From: Octopus sinensis
Lineage: Eukaryota
Direction of reading: 5' to 3'
DNA length: 64,000 bases
NCBI RefSeq assembly: GCF_006345805.1
Contig: NC_043008.1
Location: 77,624,001 to 77,688,000, forward strand
Part shown: positions 39,204-53,100 of the stretch, one piece after another
How positions within the stretch are numbered: position 1 is the first letter of the stretch
Layout of the letters: every line of letters begins with the position of its first letter
Notes under the pieces: model-generated
What the model was told of the DNA's origin: nothing
The model's input: only the letters and a program-made list of their open reading frames with translations
The model's database searches: none
Made by a program: the position numbers and the translations under genes

Positions 39204-39423
39204 TTCGTTCAACATCCTTGGACCTTTTGAGCGGGATGGGCTACTCGACCAGAAGAAAATTCTAACTGGGCCCCACCTGCAAGGTCATGCGCTGTTTATC
39301 TTAATATGAGATCACCATGTCTCGCACATATGGTTATCAGACGGGTAGTCATGATGAATTTACTGGGTTTTGTATATTTTACCCCAGTGTCACTTTGATG
39401 GCATGCACTGCTCTCTCTCTCAA
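39204..39423 (+). mobile_element. 3' ~220 nt of the ~550-bp element, copy 3
   Basis: Reverse-complement match to 30551-30810 with internal deletions; followed by (AAT)n. Confidence 0.8.
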
Positions 39424-39437
39424 TGATAATAATAATA

Positions 39438-39530
<93 letters not shown>

Positions 39531-39534
<4 letters not shown>

Positions 39535-40002
39535 CAATAAAGTTTGCTTATTGATCGACATGAGCATCCCCTGTGATCATAATATCTCAGCGAAAGAGTT
39601 TGACAAGCTCAGAAAATATAAAGACCTACTCATTGAAATTGAGAAAATGTGGCATCTCAAGGCGGTTACAATACCAGTGATCGTAGGAGCACTAGGAATG
39701 ATCAAGAAGGGAACCGAAAATTATATGAGAATGATCCCTGGCTTACCGTCCCTGCAAGAAGTGCAAAAGATTGTCTTAACTGGTACATCACACGTATTGA
39801 GAAGAGCATTGTCGATGTGAGAACTGTTGCTGCTCATGCATTTTAATTTAACTTTAAAAAAAAATAAATAAAAAAAAAAATTAACGAACTACTGAGTTTG
39901 GTTTAATGGCCTACCAATATACACTATGAGTTTCTTTGCCCTAGGAGTCGGGAAGACACTCGGCAAGAAATGGAAGAAGATTTGAAAGAAGAAAAATAAA
40001 AG
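39531..40002 (+). mobile_element. R4/Dong-like family C 3' fragment
   Basis: CLLIDMSIPCDHNISAKEFDKLRKYKDL...VIVGALGMIKK...VLTGTSHVLRRALSM*; own 3' UTR; AAT on both sides. Confidence 0.88.
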
Positions 40003-40060
40003 TAATAATAATAATAATAATAATATAATAATAATAATAATAATAAAAAATTATAATAAA

Positions 40061-41180
40061 AAAACTGGAAGATCTACTGTTTTCTGTGAGTAATTTGAAT
40101 TTCCCTCAAAATAAGTTGAGGAACTTACATATCTACAGCTTTGGACATACAAGCGAACACCTAACAAAAAATTTAGAATCATAAATATCTCCAATTTTGT
40201 GTGAACAGTTTGTCGTCCCTTCTTTGCCTTTTATTGTAACAACACAATTAAATGCACGATAAAAAAACTATGGAAGTAAGCACCTGCTAATATATATATA
40301 TATACGGCACAACTACAAAAACTGTAAACCACAGCATAACTTTTAAAAAGAAAAGAAAAATTTCAAAAGAAAAAGAAATTCAGAATTTCAAAATCCCAAC
40401 AAGGTGAACCCGCTCTTCCTCCTACTGGAATATTTACAACTCCCTATAAATATTTTAAATCTCCCGCAGAATGAAATAAGTTAGGAAACTTACATACCTA
40501 CAGCTATCGAACACACACACGGTCAGCTTAAAATACAAAAAAACAAACAAACAAACAAAAAATCTTTAATATCTACAACTAATGTGCGACAACGCATCCT
40601 TTCCTCTCCCCCTGAGTATTCGAAAATGTAAATACCAACTTCCTTTCTATTCTAAGAACACTCATTTCTCTCTGTGCATATCTAGTAAATCTTAGAACTT
40701 CACTAACCACAACTTTTTTTCTTTTCTGAGCATTCGAAAATGTAAACATTCTTCCCATTGCAAAAATCTTATTGTATTTTCCAAATGAACATCTCAAGAA
40801 TACTTAAAAACTTTAATATATTACCCAAACACGTAAACACGTAAACGTTTATTGCAACAACACAATTGAACTCAGAAATTAAAAAAAAAATCATCAACGT
40901 GAATATCAGAAAATATGCGTGTGTGAATATACATATACATATACATATGTGTATGGGTATATATATAGTTTTTTTTTTTGTTTTTTTTTCTCTTCCTACC
41001 ATTAATTACAAATATAACAAGCTGAATTGCTTTTCAAGATAACGCTAGTACTAGTAAACAGGTTTGACCTTTCCTGACCCAAAATGTCCTTTGTCTATTT
41101 GGCTGACCATTCCACCATCTGCTGAATCTATTTATAGACCTATAGAACATGACCTCTTTACCGTGGCAATGGTGATAATG

Positions 41181-41223
<43 letters not shown>

Positions 41224-41275
41224 GCTACTGCTGTGACTACACATAAAACAATATCATTGATGGTGATGATAATTT
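40061..41275 (+). repeat. Non-coding block duplicated in inverted orientation at ~54815-56255
   Basis: Collinear reverse-complement similarity throughout, e.g. GATCTACTGTTTTCTGTGAGTAATTTGAATTTCCCTC and ATAGAACATGACCTCT. Confidence 0.85.
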
Positions 41276-44200
41276 TTGTTTTCATATTTTATTCTCATTT
41301 TATCGAACAGGCAGAGTGAATCTTTCATAAGTTTAAAAAAAAGGGAAAACTATGCCCGGAGATAAATCTATCAACAAAAAAAATACAGAAGAATACAGAT
41401 CTGCTAGCCTTAAGAAGCTGCACTACGAACAATGTTTACGTGCAGAGAATCCTAAATTGACAGATCCGTCTCTTAATGTAAGAGTCGAAGCTCGCCATGC
41501 TTCAATGTCAACAAAACAAACTACAAACCGCGATGGTCGGCGAGCGGATTACAAAAGACCACGTACTCGAAAGTTGAACCAAAGTCTGATTGAAAGATCA
41601 GCTACTGGATCAAATCTTCCCGACACACAGGAGCTGGACGCACACCACAAATGGAATGTTCCAACAGATGGCCATCCATGCTCGTCACCAAACACTCAAA
41701 AGAAAAAGAAGGAAAAATGGACTAGGGAAGATAATAAAGAAGTTATTGCGGCCTTCTACCATGCCATATATTTCCCCACAGATAAATCGAACACTATACA
41801 AACCTACATAAACTGGAGACAGAAACACCCCGAAGCAAGACCCTACATAGACAGTAACAAACTTGCCAACGTCAGAAGAAACATTATAAAAAAAGAATTA
41901 CTGACTGAAGTAAAGATTGATCAAATTAGACAAGCAGTAACGGATAGAATGAACGAAGCTGCAGCTAAAGAAGATAATACAGAGGAAATAATTATAGACC
42001 AGCTCAGAGCTGATAAAAAGGAAGTAAGGATTGAAAGAGTTAGTATAAGTGATAGGCAAAGTGAAATACTCCCTGAACCAATCATAAACACTAAGACAGA
42101 TGAACATCAAATAGATGGAGAAAGACACACAAATATTGACCCGACAAGTTAATGGGCTAACATTCCTGCTTCCAAAAAGTGAAGAAACAAATGAACCAAA
42201 AAACTATAGACCCATAACCTGCTTAACAACTATGTATAAAACACTAACATCTGTCCTGACGGAATATACCTATAGTTTTTTGACAGACAGTAGCATATTC
42301 CCTAATGAACAGAAAGGAAGTAAACGTGGATCCTACGGTTGTAAAGATCAACTACTCATCAATAAGATGATCTTAGAAGATTGTCACAAACGACACAAAC
42401 ACTTATCAATAGCCAGGATAGCCTATAAAAAGGCTTTTGATAGCCTACCACATAGCTGGATTAAGAAATGCCTGGAAATGTATAAAATAGCACCTACTCT
42501 GCGAAACTTTTTGTCTGTAAGTATGAGATCATGGAGAACCACACTAACTTTGAACAGTGACAATGAATCTCTAAATGCTGGTGATGTAAAAATTTCATGT
42601 GGCATTTTCCAGGGTGACTCACTATCACCACTCCTCTTCTGTTTAGCCTTAATACCTCTCTCAAAACCGCTCAATGACGCGCAGTACGGATATAAAATGT
42701 TTGATAAAAATATAAATCATCTCATTTACATGGATGATTTAAAGCTCTTTGCAAAAATGACCAACAACTCAAGGGCTTACTGGCGATTGTCAAACAATTC
42801 AGTGATGACATCAGAATGCAATTTGGCCTCGATAAATGTGCAAAAGCTACCTTTATCAAAGGAAAAATGACAGAAACATCTAACGTTAACCTTGACCAGC
42901 AGAATGTCATAAAAGAATTAGACCCAGCGGAGAACTACAAGTATCTAGGGGTAATTGAAGGAGACGGAATAAGGCATTCAGAGATGAAGGAAAGGATCAG
43001 GGGAGAATGTTATCGCAGAGTAAGAGTAATACTCAAGACAGAGCTGAATGCGAGAAACAGGATCGAAGCGATCAATGCATTAGCCATACAAGTCGTGACT
43101 TACAGTTTCAATATCGTTAACTGGTCAATTACTGAAATAAGTAATCTTGACAGAAAAATACGAAAACTGTTGAGAATGCATAGAATGCACCACCCTAAGG
43201 CAGATACAGAACGACTTTATCTACCAAGAAAAGAGGGAGGCCGTGGACTTTTACAACTGGCAATAACAATGAAGATTGCTACAATTGGCCTAGACACCTA
43301 CCTGAAAAACTCTGAGGACTGGATGTTAAAACTTGTCTCAAAACATGAAAACAAGAAAGCATCATACTCAGTAACAAACCAGGCAAAGGAATATTTCTAA
43401 GTGAATTCCGAATACAACAAATTTCGTAATTAGAGATAGACATACAAGAAACAAACACAGAAAAAGCTAATGGCAAGATAAACCTCTCAATGGCAAATAC
43501 CCAAAGAGAGCGAATAATGCAGATGTTGACAAAGCCCTGACCAATCAATGGCTAATGACCTCTGGCTAAAAACCTGAAACAGAGGGGTTTATCATAGCAG
43601 CTGAAGATCAATGCCTACAAACAAGAAACTACCAGGCCAACATATTAAAGGTCGGCAGTAGCCCAACGTGTCGTGTATGCCAGCAATAAATGAAACCATT
43701 GATCATGTGGTCTCCAAGTGCAGTCTTCTTGTGCCTACAGAGTATCTCAACAGGCATGATAGAGCTGCACAATATATTTACTGGGTAATCTGCAAAAACC
43801 TGGATTTGCCCCATGAAAAAAACTGGTGGGAACACAAACCACCCCCAGTGCTTGAAAATGACCAGCTCTCACTCCTTTGGAACTTCACCATTCAAACTGA
43901 CAGAAAGATAGATGCAAATAGGCATCATCATATTGAAAGACTTCAGACAAAAAACATGCCTCCTCATTGATATGACTGTCCCAATCGATATAAACGTATT
44001 TGTCAAGACCTACCAAAAACTGAGCAAATATAAAGATCTTGAAATAGAAATCAGCAAAATGTGGAAGCTGAAGACTAAAACAATGCCTGTTGTCATAGGT
44101 GCCCTGGGAATGATAGCAAAAGGGGCTGATTGCTACCTAACTCAGATACCAGGAAACCCCAAAATGGCAGAAATTCAAAAGATAGTGCTCATGGGAACTG

Positions 44201-44409
44201 CTCATATCCTACGCAAAATACTTTGTATGTAATCTCAAGGTTTAAAACAAACATTTTTTTTTAGACATCCACTAGTACAATACAAAAAACAACCAAATAT
44301 ATGGCACACTAGGCATAACATCAACGTGAACTTCCAATCTGTTGTCTCTTGAGGTCTCCGGGTGAGACTTGGAGCCAACTTGTACAAATATAAAGCAAAA
44401 GTCAAACAT

Positions 44410-44412
<3 letters not shown>
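41275..44412 (+). mobile_element. Family B with both ends, ~0.9-kb internal deletion, frameshifted RT, CCHC finger and REL
   Basis: ORFs 41352-42152, 42115-42870 ([17 protein letters not shown]), 42816-43400, 43668-43970 and 43912-44232. Confidence 0.93.
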
Positions 44413-44465
<53 letters not shown>

Positions 44466-44559
44466 CACTAGCTGGACCCGTGGAAAATTCACGAAAAACA
44501 TAAAAAACGTAAACATCTGTAAACGGTATACTGGTGCCATGAGAAATGTGGGTATATTA

Positions 44560-44710
44560 TGACCGTCTGTCTTTACGTTATGAGTTCAAATTCTGCCGAG
44601 ATCGACTTTGCCTTTCGTCTTTTCGGAGTCGATAAATTACGTATCAGTTGTGTACTGGGGTCGATCTAATCAACTGGCCCCCTCCCCACAAATAATTCAG
44701 GCCTAGAATT
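44560..44710 (+). mobile_element. SINE family 1, partial
   Basis: GAGTTCAAATTCTGCCGAGATCGACTTTGCCTTT...CTGGGGTCGAT. Confidence 0.75.
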
Positions 44711-45633
44711 ATAGCAATAATGTAGCACCAATGACTATATAATCCAACCAAAATATCTGAGTTACAGAAACGTAAACGGAATTACTATTTAACCTTAAAA
44801 TACATCGTACATATTCAAAGAACCTTAACATAAAACTGAAATGCAAAAGAACGAAATAATAAATGGATTTATGAATGAAAGTTTGGTAATTGCATATATT
44901 ACCACCACGCGACACTTATTACAAACATGTTTCAACTAACCTAAACTCTACAAACACACACAAATGCATTCATATCTTTATATATCTATGTCTCGAGTTG
45001 AAGCTGTTATTCAAAGGGGCCAGCCTTGTCATATTCTGTGTGAGGCTGAATCTCCTTGCGAACTATGTTAATATTATGCAAGTCTGTGGAGTACTCAGCC
45101 ATTTGTGAGTTAATTTTATCCTCATGTTGTAATGAAAAGTGAAATTGACATGCAATATTTGCTATGTGTATGTATCTATATATGAACTTTTCTTTGAATT
45201 TATGTATCTACTGTCTCTCTCACTTTCTCTTTCACTTCCTTTGTGTCCCTCTTCTCTCCCGCTTTTGATTCAACAATGTGTATATGTAATCTATGTATCT
45301 ACTTCTCTTGTGATCTGATAAACATTTAAAAACACAAAACGAACGCCGTTGCGACTCACTGTCTCTTTCACTCTCTCTCTTTCTCGCTCACTCTCTTTTT
45401 TTTTCTCTCTCTCTCTCTTACTTCCTCTCTGTCCTCCTCTCACTTTGCCACTTTTTTGGAGTAAGTGTGACGCACACAACAGGTACTTGCAAAAACAAAA
45501 AAGTTAGCGCATTAATACTATTGATAATAATAATAGAAATAAAATCAACAAGAACAACAACAACAACAATAATAATAATAATAATAATATAATAATAATA
45601 ATAATAATAATGATGATGATGATGATAATGATG

Positions 45634-45664
<31 letters not shown>

Positions 45665-45667
<3 letters not shown>

Positions 45668-46395
45668 CTGGAAATAGAGGTAACCAGAATGTGGAATCTA
45701 AAAACAGAAACAATTCCTATCATAGTAGGTGCATCAGGCATGATAAAAAATATTCAGACAAATACATAACAAAAACACCAGGACTTACAAACACATATAA
45801 TATACAGAAAATTGCACTACTAGGCACTGCACACATCCTACGCAGAACACTTTCCATATAATAACCATCAGATCATCACAACAAATCACATCACATACCC
45901 AAGGCACACAGAGCTGCGCTCGGTAGTGAAGTGAAAGCACGATATAATAATAATAATAAAAAGAAACAAGCACAGAAAAAGCTAAGCGCATGGAAACCCG
46001 TGCTAAAACTGCTGCCTTAGATATTCTGAATGATAAATGGCAAGATAAACCTCTCAATGGCAAATACCCAAAGAGAGCAAACAATGCAGATGTTGACAAA
46101 GCCCTGACCCACCAATGGCTAATGGCCTCTGGCTTAAAATCTGAGACAGAAGGGCTTATCATAGCAGCTCAAGATCAATGCCTACCTATAAGGAACTACC
46201 AGGCCAACATATTAAAGGTCGGCAGTAGCCCAATATGTCGTGTATGTCAACAACAAAATGAAACCATTGATCATGTTGTCTCCAATTGCAGTCTTCTTGC
46301 GCCTACAGAGTATCTTAACAGGCATGATAGAGCTGCACAATATATTCACTGGGTAATTTGCAAAAGCCTGGACTTGTCTCATGATAAAAACTGGT
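45665..46395 (+). mobile_element. Family A 3' end (45665-45945), AAT, then family B fragment (45960-46395)
   Basis: ORFs 45610-45861 and 45990-46451. Confidence 0.9.
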
Positions 46396-47033
46396 TGTAC
46401 ACAGATTATATTACTACAGTAACGTCGAACAGAATATTTAAGTCAACTTGACTTGGTCGTGCATAGTTTCAGTAATATGGTTGTTCCGATCATGGTTGAA
46501 TAATAAGATGTTTCTGTTTCATAAAAAATCAATATTCGTTGTAATAAGCATCTATAGGAACTAGATTATACAACACAATATTATAACTAGAAAGTCGACT
46601 GAACGGGTACAAAAATTAAAAGGTCAAAGATTACAGTAAAAATATACAAAAATAGACAGACATACATACAACACGGATATATAAGTAAAGAATAGAACAA
46701 ATAGATAAATAATAGAGTATGCGATGACTAAAAAATTGTTGCTAATTCTAGTTAAATTTATCTCATTGATTATCATTGTGAAAACATGTTAAAACTAAGT
46801 TTCAAATCATCTCGGACGTTTCATTGATTATGGAAAGGTGAAAAGATGGGCTGGCTCCCCATTGTTTCAAATTTCGTGTACCTCTGTGTTTGAAAATATG
46901 ATTCTATTTGTGACTATGTGTGGTGACCAGGTGTGGTGACCATATATTCTGTCCATATTACTCAGTTCTACTCATCATTTAATATTCATAATTGTAATAG
47001 ACATATCTCCTTCCCCTTATTCTCTCTGTCTCT

Positions 47034-47073
<40 letters not shown>

Positions 47074-47461
47074 TGGGTAGACGAAGTATATTGTGCCTAC
47101 CCATACTAAAACAAAATATATTTATTACTAAATAAAAGCATAAGATATCCAATTCATTATATAAATGCTGCTTTTATATTTGCAAACACTGCAGTGAAAC
47201 GTCTATCCTGTATAGGCCGCATCAACCATCAGTGAGTCTACGATTGCCTCGGACAACCTTCCCCGTGAATATTCGTTAACGAAGGCATGGCACACACATA
47301 TACATGTACGTACAATCACACATACATACACGCACAGGCACGCGCACAAATAGCTCGAACAAGATTACGTGGCAAAGAGGAGCCAAACAAATAACACACT
47401 AAGTTAGTCAAAGTACGTAACCCTGTGTGTGTGTGTGTGTGTGTATGCGCGCGCTCGTTCG

Positions 47462-47516
<55 letters not shown>

Positions 47517-48799
47517 CTCGTTCGTGTGTGTGTGTGTGTGTGTGCATGAAACTACATGCATCAACAACATAATATAATGTGTATTTAGTCTTAAACTATG
47601 TGGAAAGTCGAACATTTCCTTAAATTTTCTCACGTTCTTTTATTTCGACAAACTTTTCAAGATGGATTTAAAGATTATATAGATCTTAAGATCTTAACAG
47701 CATAGTACGAGAGCTGGCAGAATCGTTAGTGCATCGGAAAAATCCTTGGCTCTTTAGATTTGGAGTTCAAATACCGTCGATACAATAAAGTGTCAGTCAA
47801 GTGCTTTGTTCGATGTAACCGACCAGATCTTTCTCTAAAGATTTCATATATTCTAACAACATTAGAAATTATTTTGGTAGTTTTATCACCACTTTAACAT
47901 GGGTGTGTTTATTCAATGCACTTTCCACACTCGAACCACGTTAAAGTGGGGATAAACGCTACTGTTTGGTTCGTATACTGCTGCTATCTCGAACAAAGAT
48001 TTTCTAACGGACTAGTTTCCTTGTTACAAAATCAGTGATTGTATGACACTGTATTTTCTATATATTGCAAGTGAAGTTAAACTACTGCCATGCCTGGAAA
48101 GTGGGTGCCCACCACAGAAGAGATCCAATAAGATCCAAATAACATTGTCTTGTGGTTTCAAAGCTTGGATGGCAGGAGTTATCACCGCTTGCAATAAATA
48201 TCGAGTGTGAAAAGCGCATTGAATAAACCAGCTGGAGGAGATGTTTTCCTGGGGTTAAAATTGCAGTATCGTCATCTCTTAGAGAACACTCATATTAAAG
48301 TGAGGATAAACACTGCCTTTTGATACGTATACTGCTTCTATCAAGCAGAGATTTTCTAAAGGACTAGTTCCCTAATTATTATTTTCCTTTTAATGTACGT
48401 TTTGATACAATCAATTGCCGAGTTACACCCAACGACCCACGGTAAGTGAAAGTCAAGAGATATTTAGATCTATTCGAAAGTTTGGTCAAGTGGGGGGACA
48501 GTACAGAAATACATTCTCATAACTCAACGCAACGCAAAACATTTAAATCGACAGGGCTTTTGTTAAGGATGTAGAACTTGTCAACATAGTTCTTTGAATT
48601 TCTGTGAAAAATAGGTTTCCTGGGATGTTATCTAGGTATTTTTTACTTATCTTTTTTGTTATCAAACCAAAGGAATCTAGAATAGCTGGCACGGTTTTCA
48701 CTTTAAAATGTCACATCTCTCCATTTCCGTTTCCCGATCTTTATATTTACTGAGCTTGTTAAATTCCTTGGCAGATGTATTTTTATTAGTGGGGACACT

Positions 48800-49420
48800 C
48801 ACAAGGTACATTTCAGAAGTTTTTAGATTTTTTTCAGGGAAGATGTTTATTAATTGTAAATAATTACAAAACTTTAATATCCTTCAATATACGATCCTCC
48901 GAATTCAATACACTTGTTCTAGAGCTCTATAAAAGTCTTCCATATTGATGATGTCCAGAAATATTATCACAGCTTCCTTCAGCTAAGGGAACAGCCAAAA
49001 GTCAGAGGGAGCAAGTTCTGGACTGTAGGGAAAGTGAGAGATAGTTTTGATGCCCATCTCTGGTTACCAGGACGGAATTATGGTGCTGGTGCTCTGACAT
49101 TTTACAACGAAATCTCTTCCTGAACCCTCTCAGTACCTCCACAAAGTACTCTTTGTTGACCGTCTGGCAGAAAGGTGCTTGCGGAGGTAGATAATGTTCT
49201 GGCTGACAAAAAAATGGGATCATCATGAGCTTTTCAGTAGACTTTATTTGTCTGGCCTCTTGAGCCAACGAATAACAGATGCTCGACTCATACAAGTTTA
49301 TCCTGAAGCAGTTTGGAGCATTTCGAAAGTTTCTGCTGCACGTTTGCCCAGTTTGACAGAAAATTGTATTGTATAGTAAGCTTCCAAGCTGTTTTTATCT
49401 CTTGACTGCATTCCGCAAGC
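48800..49420 (-). mobile_element. Mariner transposon remnant, internally deleted
   Basis: FSVKLGKRAAETFEML...MSRASV, QTVNKEYFVEVLR, HFPYSPELAPSDFWLFP, KCIEFGGSYIEG*. Confidence 0.88.
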
Positions 49421-49559
49421 TCGTTAGCGATGGCAAAAAAGTGTTTAGTAGATTGTGTCCAAAGAGTTTACAGCCGCCTTCTTCAATCAAGAATAACGAA
49501 AGTTGACAGATCAACTTATTCAGATGTATAATAATGATATGTTAAAATTACAATAATCT

Positions 49560-50030
49560 AGCACAATTTATAACTGCCTCTTTTAGAAAAGTCTAAAGTC
49601 TAGGGTGCCATATGTTTGGCTTTGCACAGAGTATTGTTCTAGAGAATATCTGTCAAAATATAAGAAAATTAGAAGTTTGTTTTAAAAGTAGTTTGATTAT
49701 AAGATGATAGTGTCATGTTAAGATGACAGTAAAAAGTGTTTGCACTTAAGTACATTTAAAAGTATTTTGACACTTTACGGATTAAAATATCTTTGGGATA
49801 ACATAAACAATATTTTACGGAGGATGTGGGCAGTTCCCACGGGCACTAATTTTTAAATTTCTTATATTTTTGGATATCCTGGCATCTGGGTTAGGTAACA
49901 ATCAGCCCTTTTTGCTATCATTCCTAAGGCACCTATGAAAACAAGTATTGTTTTAGTCTTGAGGTTCCACATTTTGACAATTTTTTATTTCAAGCACTTT
50001 ATACTTGCTCAGTTTTTGCTTGCTTTATAC
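49560..50030 (-). mobile_element. Old family B 3' fragment
   Basis: Diverged match to KLSKYK...TILVFIGALGMIAK...GTAHILRKIL and parts of the family B 3' UTR. Confidence 0.75.
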
Positions 50031-50137
50031 TTATCACTTTATTATTATTATTATTATTATTATTAGTAATATTATTATCATGATTATTATTATTGTTATT
50101 ATTATCATTATCATCATCATCATTATTATTATTATTA

Positions 50138-50180
<43 letters not shown>

Positions 50181-50182
<2 letters not shown>

Positions 50183-53100
50183 ATGTTTGACTTTTGCTTT
50201 ACATTTTCACACGTTGGCTCCAAGTCTCACCCAGAGACCTCAAGAGACAAGAAGTTGGAAGTTCTTGTTGGTGTTATGCCTAGTGTGTTATATATTTGGT
50301 TTTGTACTTTGTGTTGTACTAGTGAATATCTAAAAAGCCATACGAGAATTATGTTTATTTTAAAACTCGAGATTACATAGAAAGTATTTTGCGTAGGATA
50401 TGAGCAGTTCCCATGAGCACTATCTTTTGAATTTCTGCCATTTTGGGATTTCCTAGTATCTGAGTTAGGTAGCAATCAGCCCCTTTTGCTATCATTCCCA
50501 GGGCACCTATGACGACAGGTATTGTTTTAGTCTTCAGCTTCCACATTTTGCTGATTTCTATTTCCAGATCTTTATATTTGCTCAGTTTTTGGTAGGTCAT
50601 GATATACGTTTATATCGATTGGGACATTCATATCAATGAGGAGGATTATTTTTGTCTGAAGTCTTTCAATATGATGTCTGGCCTATTCGCGTCTATCTTT
50701 CTGTCAGTTTGAATGGTGAAGTTCCAGAGGAATGAGATGTGGTCATTTTCAAGCACTGGAGGTGGTTTGTGTTCCCACCAGTTTTTTTCATGGGGCAAGT
50801 CCAGTTTTTTACAAATTACCCAGTGAATATATTGTGCAGCTCTATCATGCCTGTTGAGATACTCTGTAGGCACAAGAAGACTGCACTTGGAGACCACATG
50901 ATCAATGGTTTCATTTTGTTGTTGACATACACGACATGTTAAGCCGTTTTTACTATGTTGGCTTGGTAGTTCCTTGTTTGTAGGCATTGATCCTGAGCTG
51001 CTATGATAAACCCTTCTGTTTCAGGTTTTTAGCCAGATTTTTTGCCATTTATCATTCAGAATATCTAAGGCAGCAATTTGAGCACGGGTTTTCTGTGCTT
51101 GTTTCTTGTATGTCTAATTCCGAAATGTGTTGTATTCGGAATTCACTTAGATATTCCTTTGCCTCTTTTGTTACTGAGTATGAAGCTTTCTTGTTTTCAT
51201 GTTTTGAGACAGGTTTTAACATCCAGTCCTCAGAGTTTTTCTAGGCCAATTGTAGCAATCTTCATTGTTACTGCCAGTTGTAAAAGTCCACGGCCTCCCT
51301 CTTTTCTTGGCAGATAAAGTAGTTCTGTATCTGCCTTAGAGTGGTGCATTCTATGCATCGTCAACAGTTTTCGTATTTTTCTGTCAAGATTACATATTTC
51401 AGTAATTGACCAGTTAACGATATTGAAGCTGTAAGTCACGACTGGTATGGCTAAAGCATTGATCGCTTCGATCCTGTTTCTCGCATTCAGCTGTCTTGAG
51501 TATTGCTCTTACTCTGCGATAATATTCTCTCCTGATCCTTTCCTTCATCACTGGATGCCTTATTCCGTCCACTTCAATTACGCTTAGGTACTTGTAGTTC
51601 TCCGCTGGGTCTAATTCTTTTATGACATTCTGCTGGTCAAGGTTAACGTTAGATGTTTCTGTCATTTTTCCTTTGATAAAGGTAGCTTTTGCACATTTAT
51701 CGAGGCCAAATTGCATTCTGATGTCATCACTGAATTGTTTAACAATCGGTAGTAAGCCCTTGAGTTGTTGGTCATTTTTTGCAGATGATTTATATTTTTA
51801 TCAAACATTTTATATCCGTACTGCGCGTCATTGAGCGGTTTTGAGAGAGGTATTAAGGCTAAACAGAAGAGGAGTGGTGATAGTGAGTCACCCTGGAAAA
51901 TGCCACATGAAATTTTTACATCACCAGCATTTAGAGATTCATTGTCACTGTTCAAAGTTAGTGTGGTTCTCCATGATCTCATACTTACAGACAAAAAGTT
52001 TCGCAGAGTAGGTGCTATTTTATACATTTCCAGGCATTTCTTAATCCAGCTATGTGGTAGGCTATCAAAAGCCTTTTTATAGTCTATCCAGGCTATTGAT
52101 AAGTTTTTGTGTCGTTTGTGACAATTTTCTAAGATCATCTTATTGATGAGTAGCTGATCTTTACATCCTTTCTGTACATTAGGCAATATGCTGCTGTCTG
52201 TTAAAAAAAACTATAGGTATATTCCGTCAGGACAGATATTACCGTTTTATACATAGCTGTTAAGCAGGTTATGGGTCTATAGTTTTTTGGTTCATTTGTT
52301 TCTTCACTTTTTGGAAGCAGGAATGTTAACCATTAACTAGCCAAGGAGGCATCCTACTAGGGTGTTGCAAAACATCATTGTAAAGTTCTGTTAGCAGTTT
52401 ATGGCTCTCTGGGAAGGCATTCAACCAGAAGTTAGGGATTTTATCCTTTCCTGGAGACTTCCATTTGCTCGACCTCCTGAGAGCAGATCTTATATCTTCT
52501 ACCTTGACACCCTCCCACTTTTGCTCTTCTAAGGAGTCCAGTTCTGTTGATATTCTATCAATCCAGGGGGCCTTTTCGCTGTGTGTTTTTTCTTCTGCCC
52601 AAATTTTATTCCAAAATCCCTGCACTTCTTCTTTTGATGGCACAAACTTTACAGTAACTGGTGTTTTCCCTATCTTCCTGTAAAAATGTTGGTGGTTATT
52701 TTTGAACATGTTGTTGTCCTTGAAGAATCTAACACGCTTTTCATACCTCGCTATGCGGGCAGCTTTAGAAGATACCTTTTGCTTGATGGTTTCTATGGTG
52801 GCATCAATATCAAATATAGTTTTCATATTATATTTTTTCATTAATTTTTGGGCTTTTGTAGTTTTAGTAGTCTTGTCAACCTTAAGATTTTTAAAATATT
52901 CAATGTCAGACCTAAGAAGTTTAATTTGTTGTTGGATACGCTCTTGCCAAGAAGGCTTTTCGTGGGAATGTTGCCGTTTTCTAATCTTTTCACCACATAG
53001 GATCGTTGAGATTTTCGCGGATGCATAGTACAGGTGGTTGAGATCTGTGATATCAACATCATTAGCTGAGATTATGTCAATTATTTTCATGTTTTGGTTA

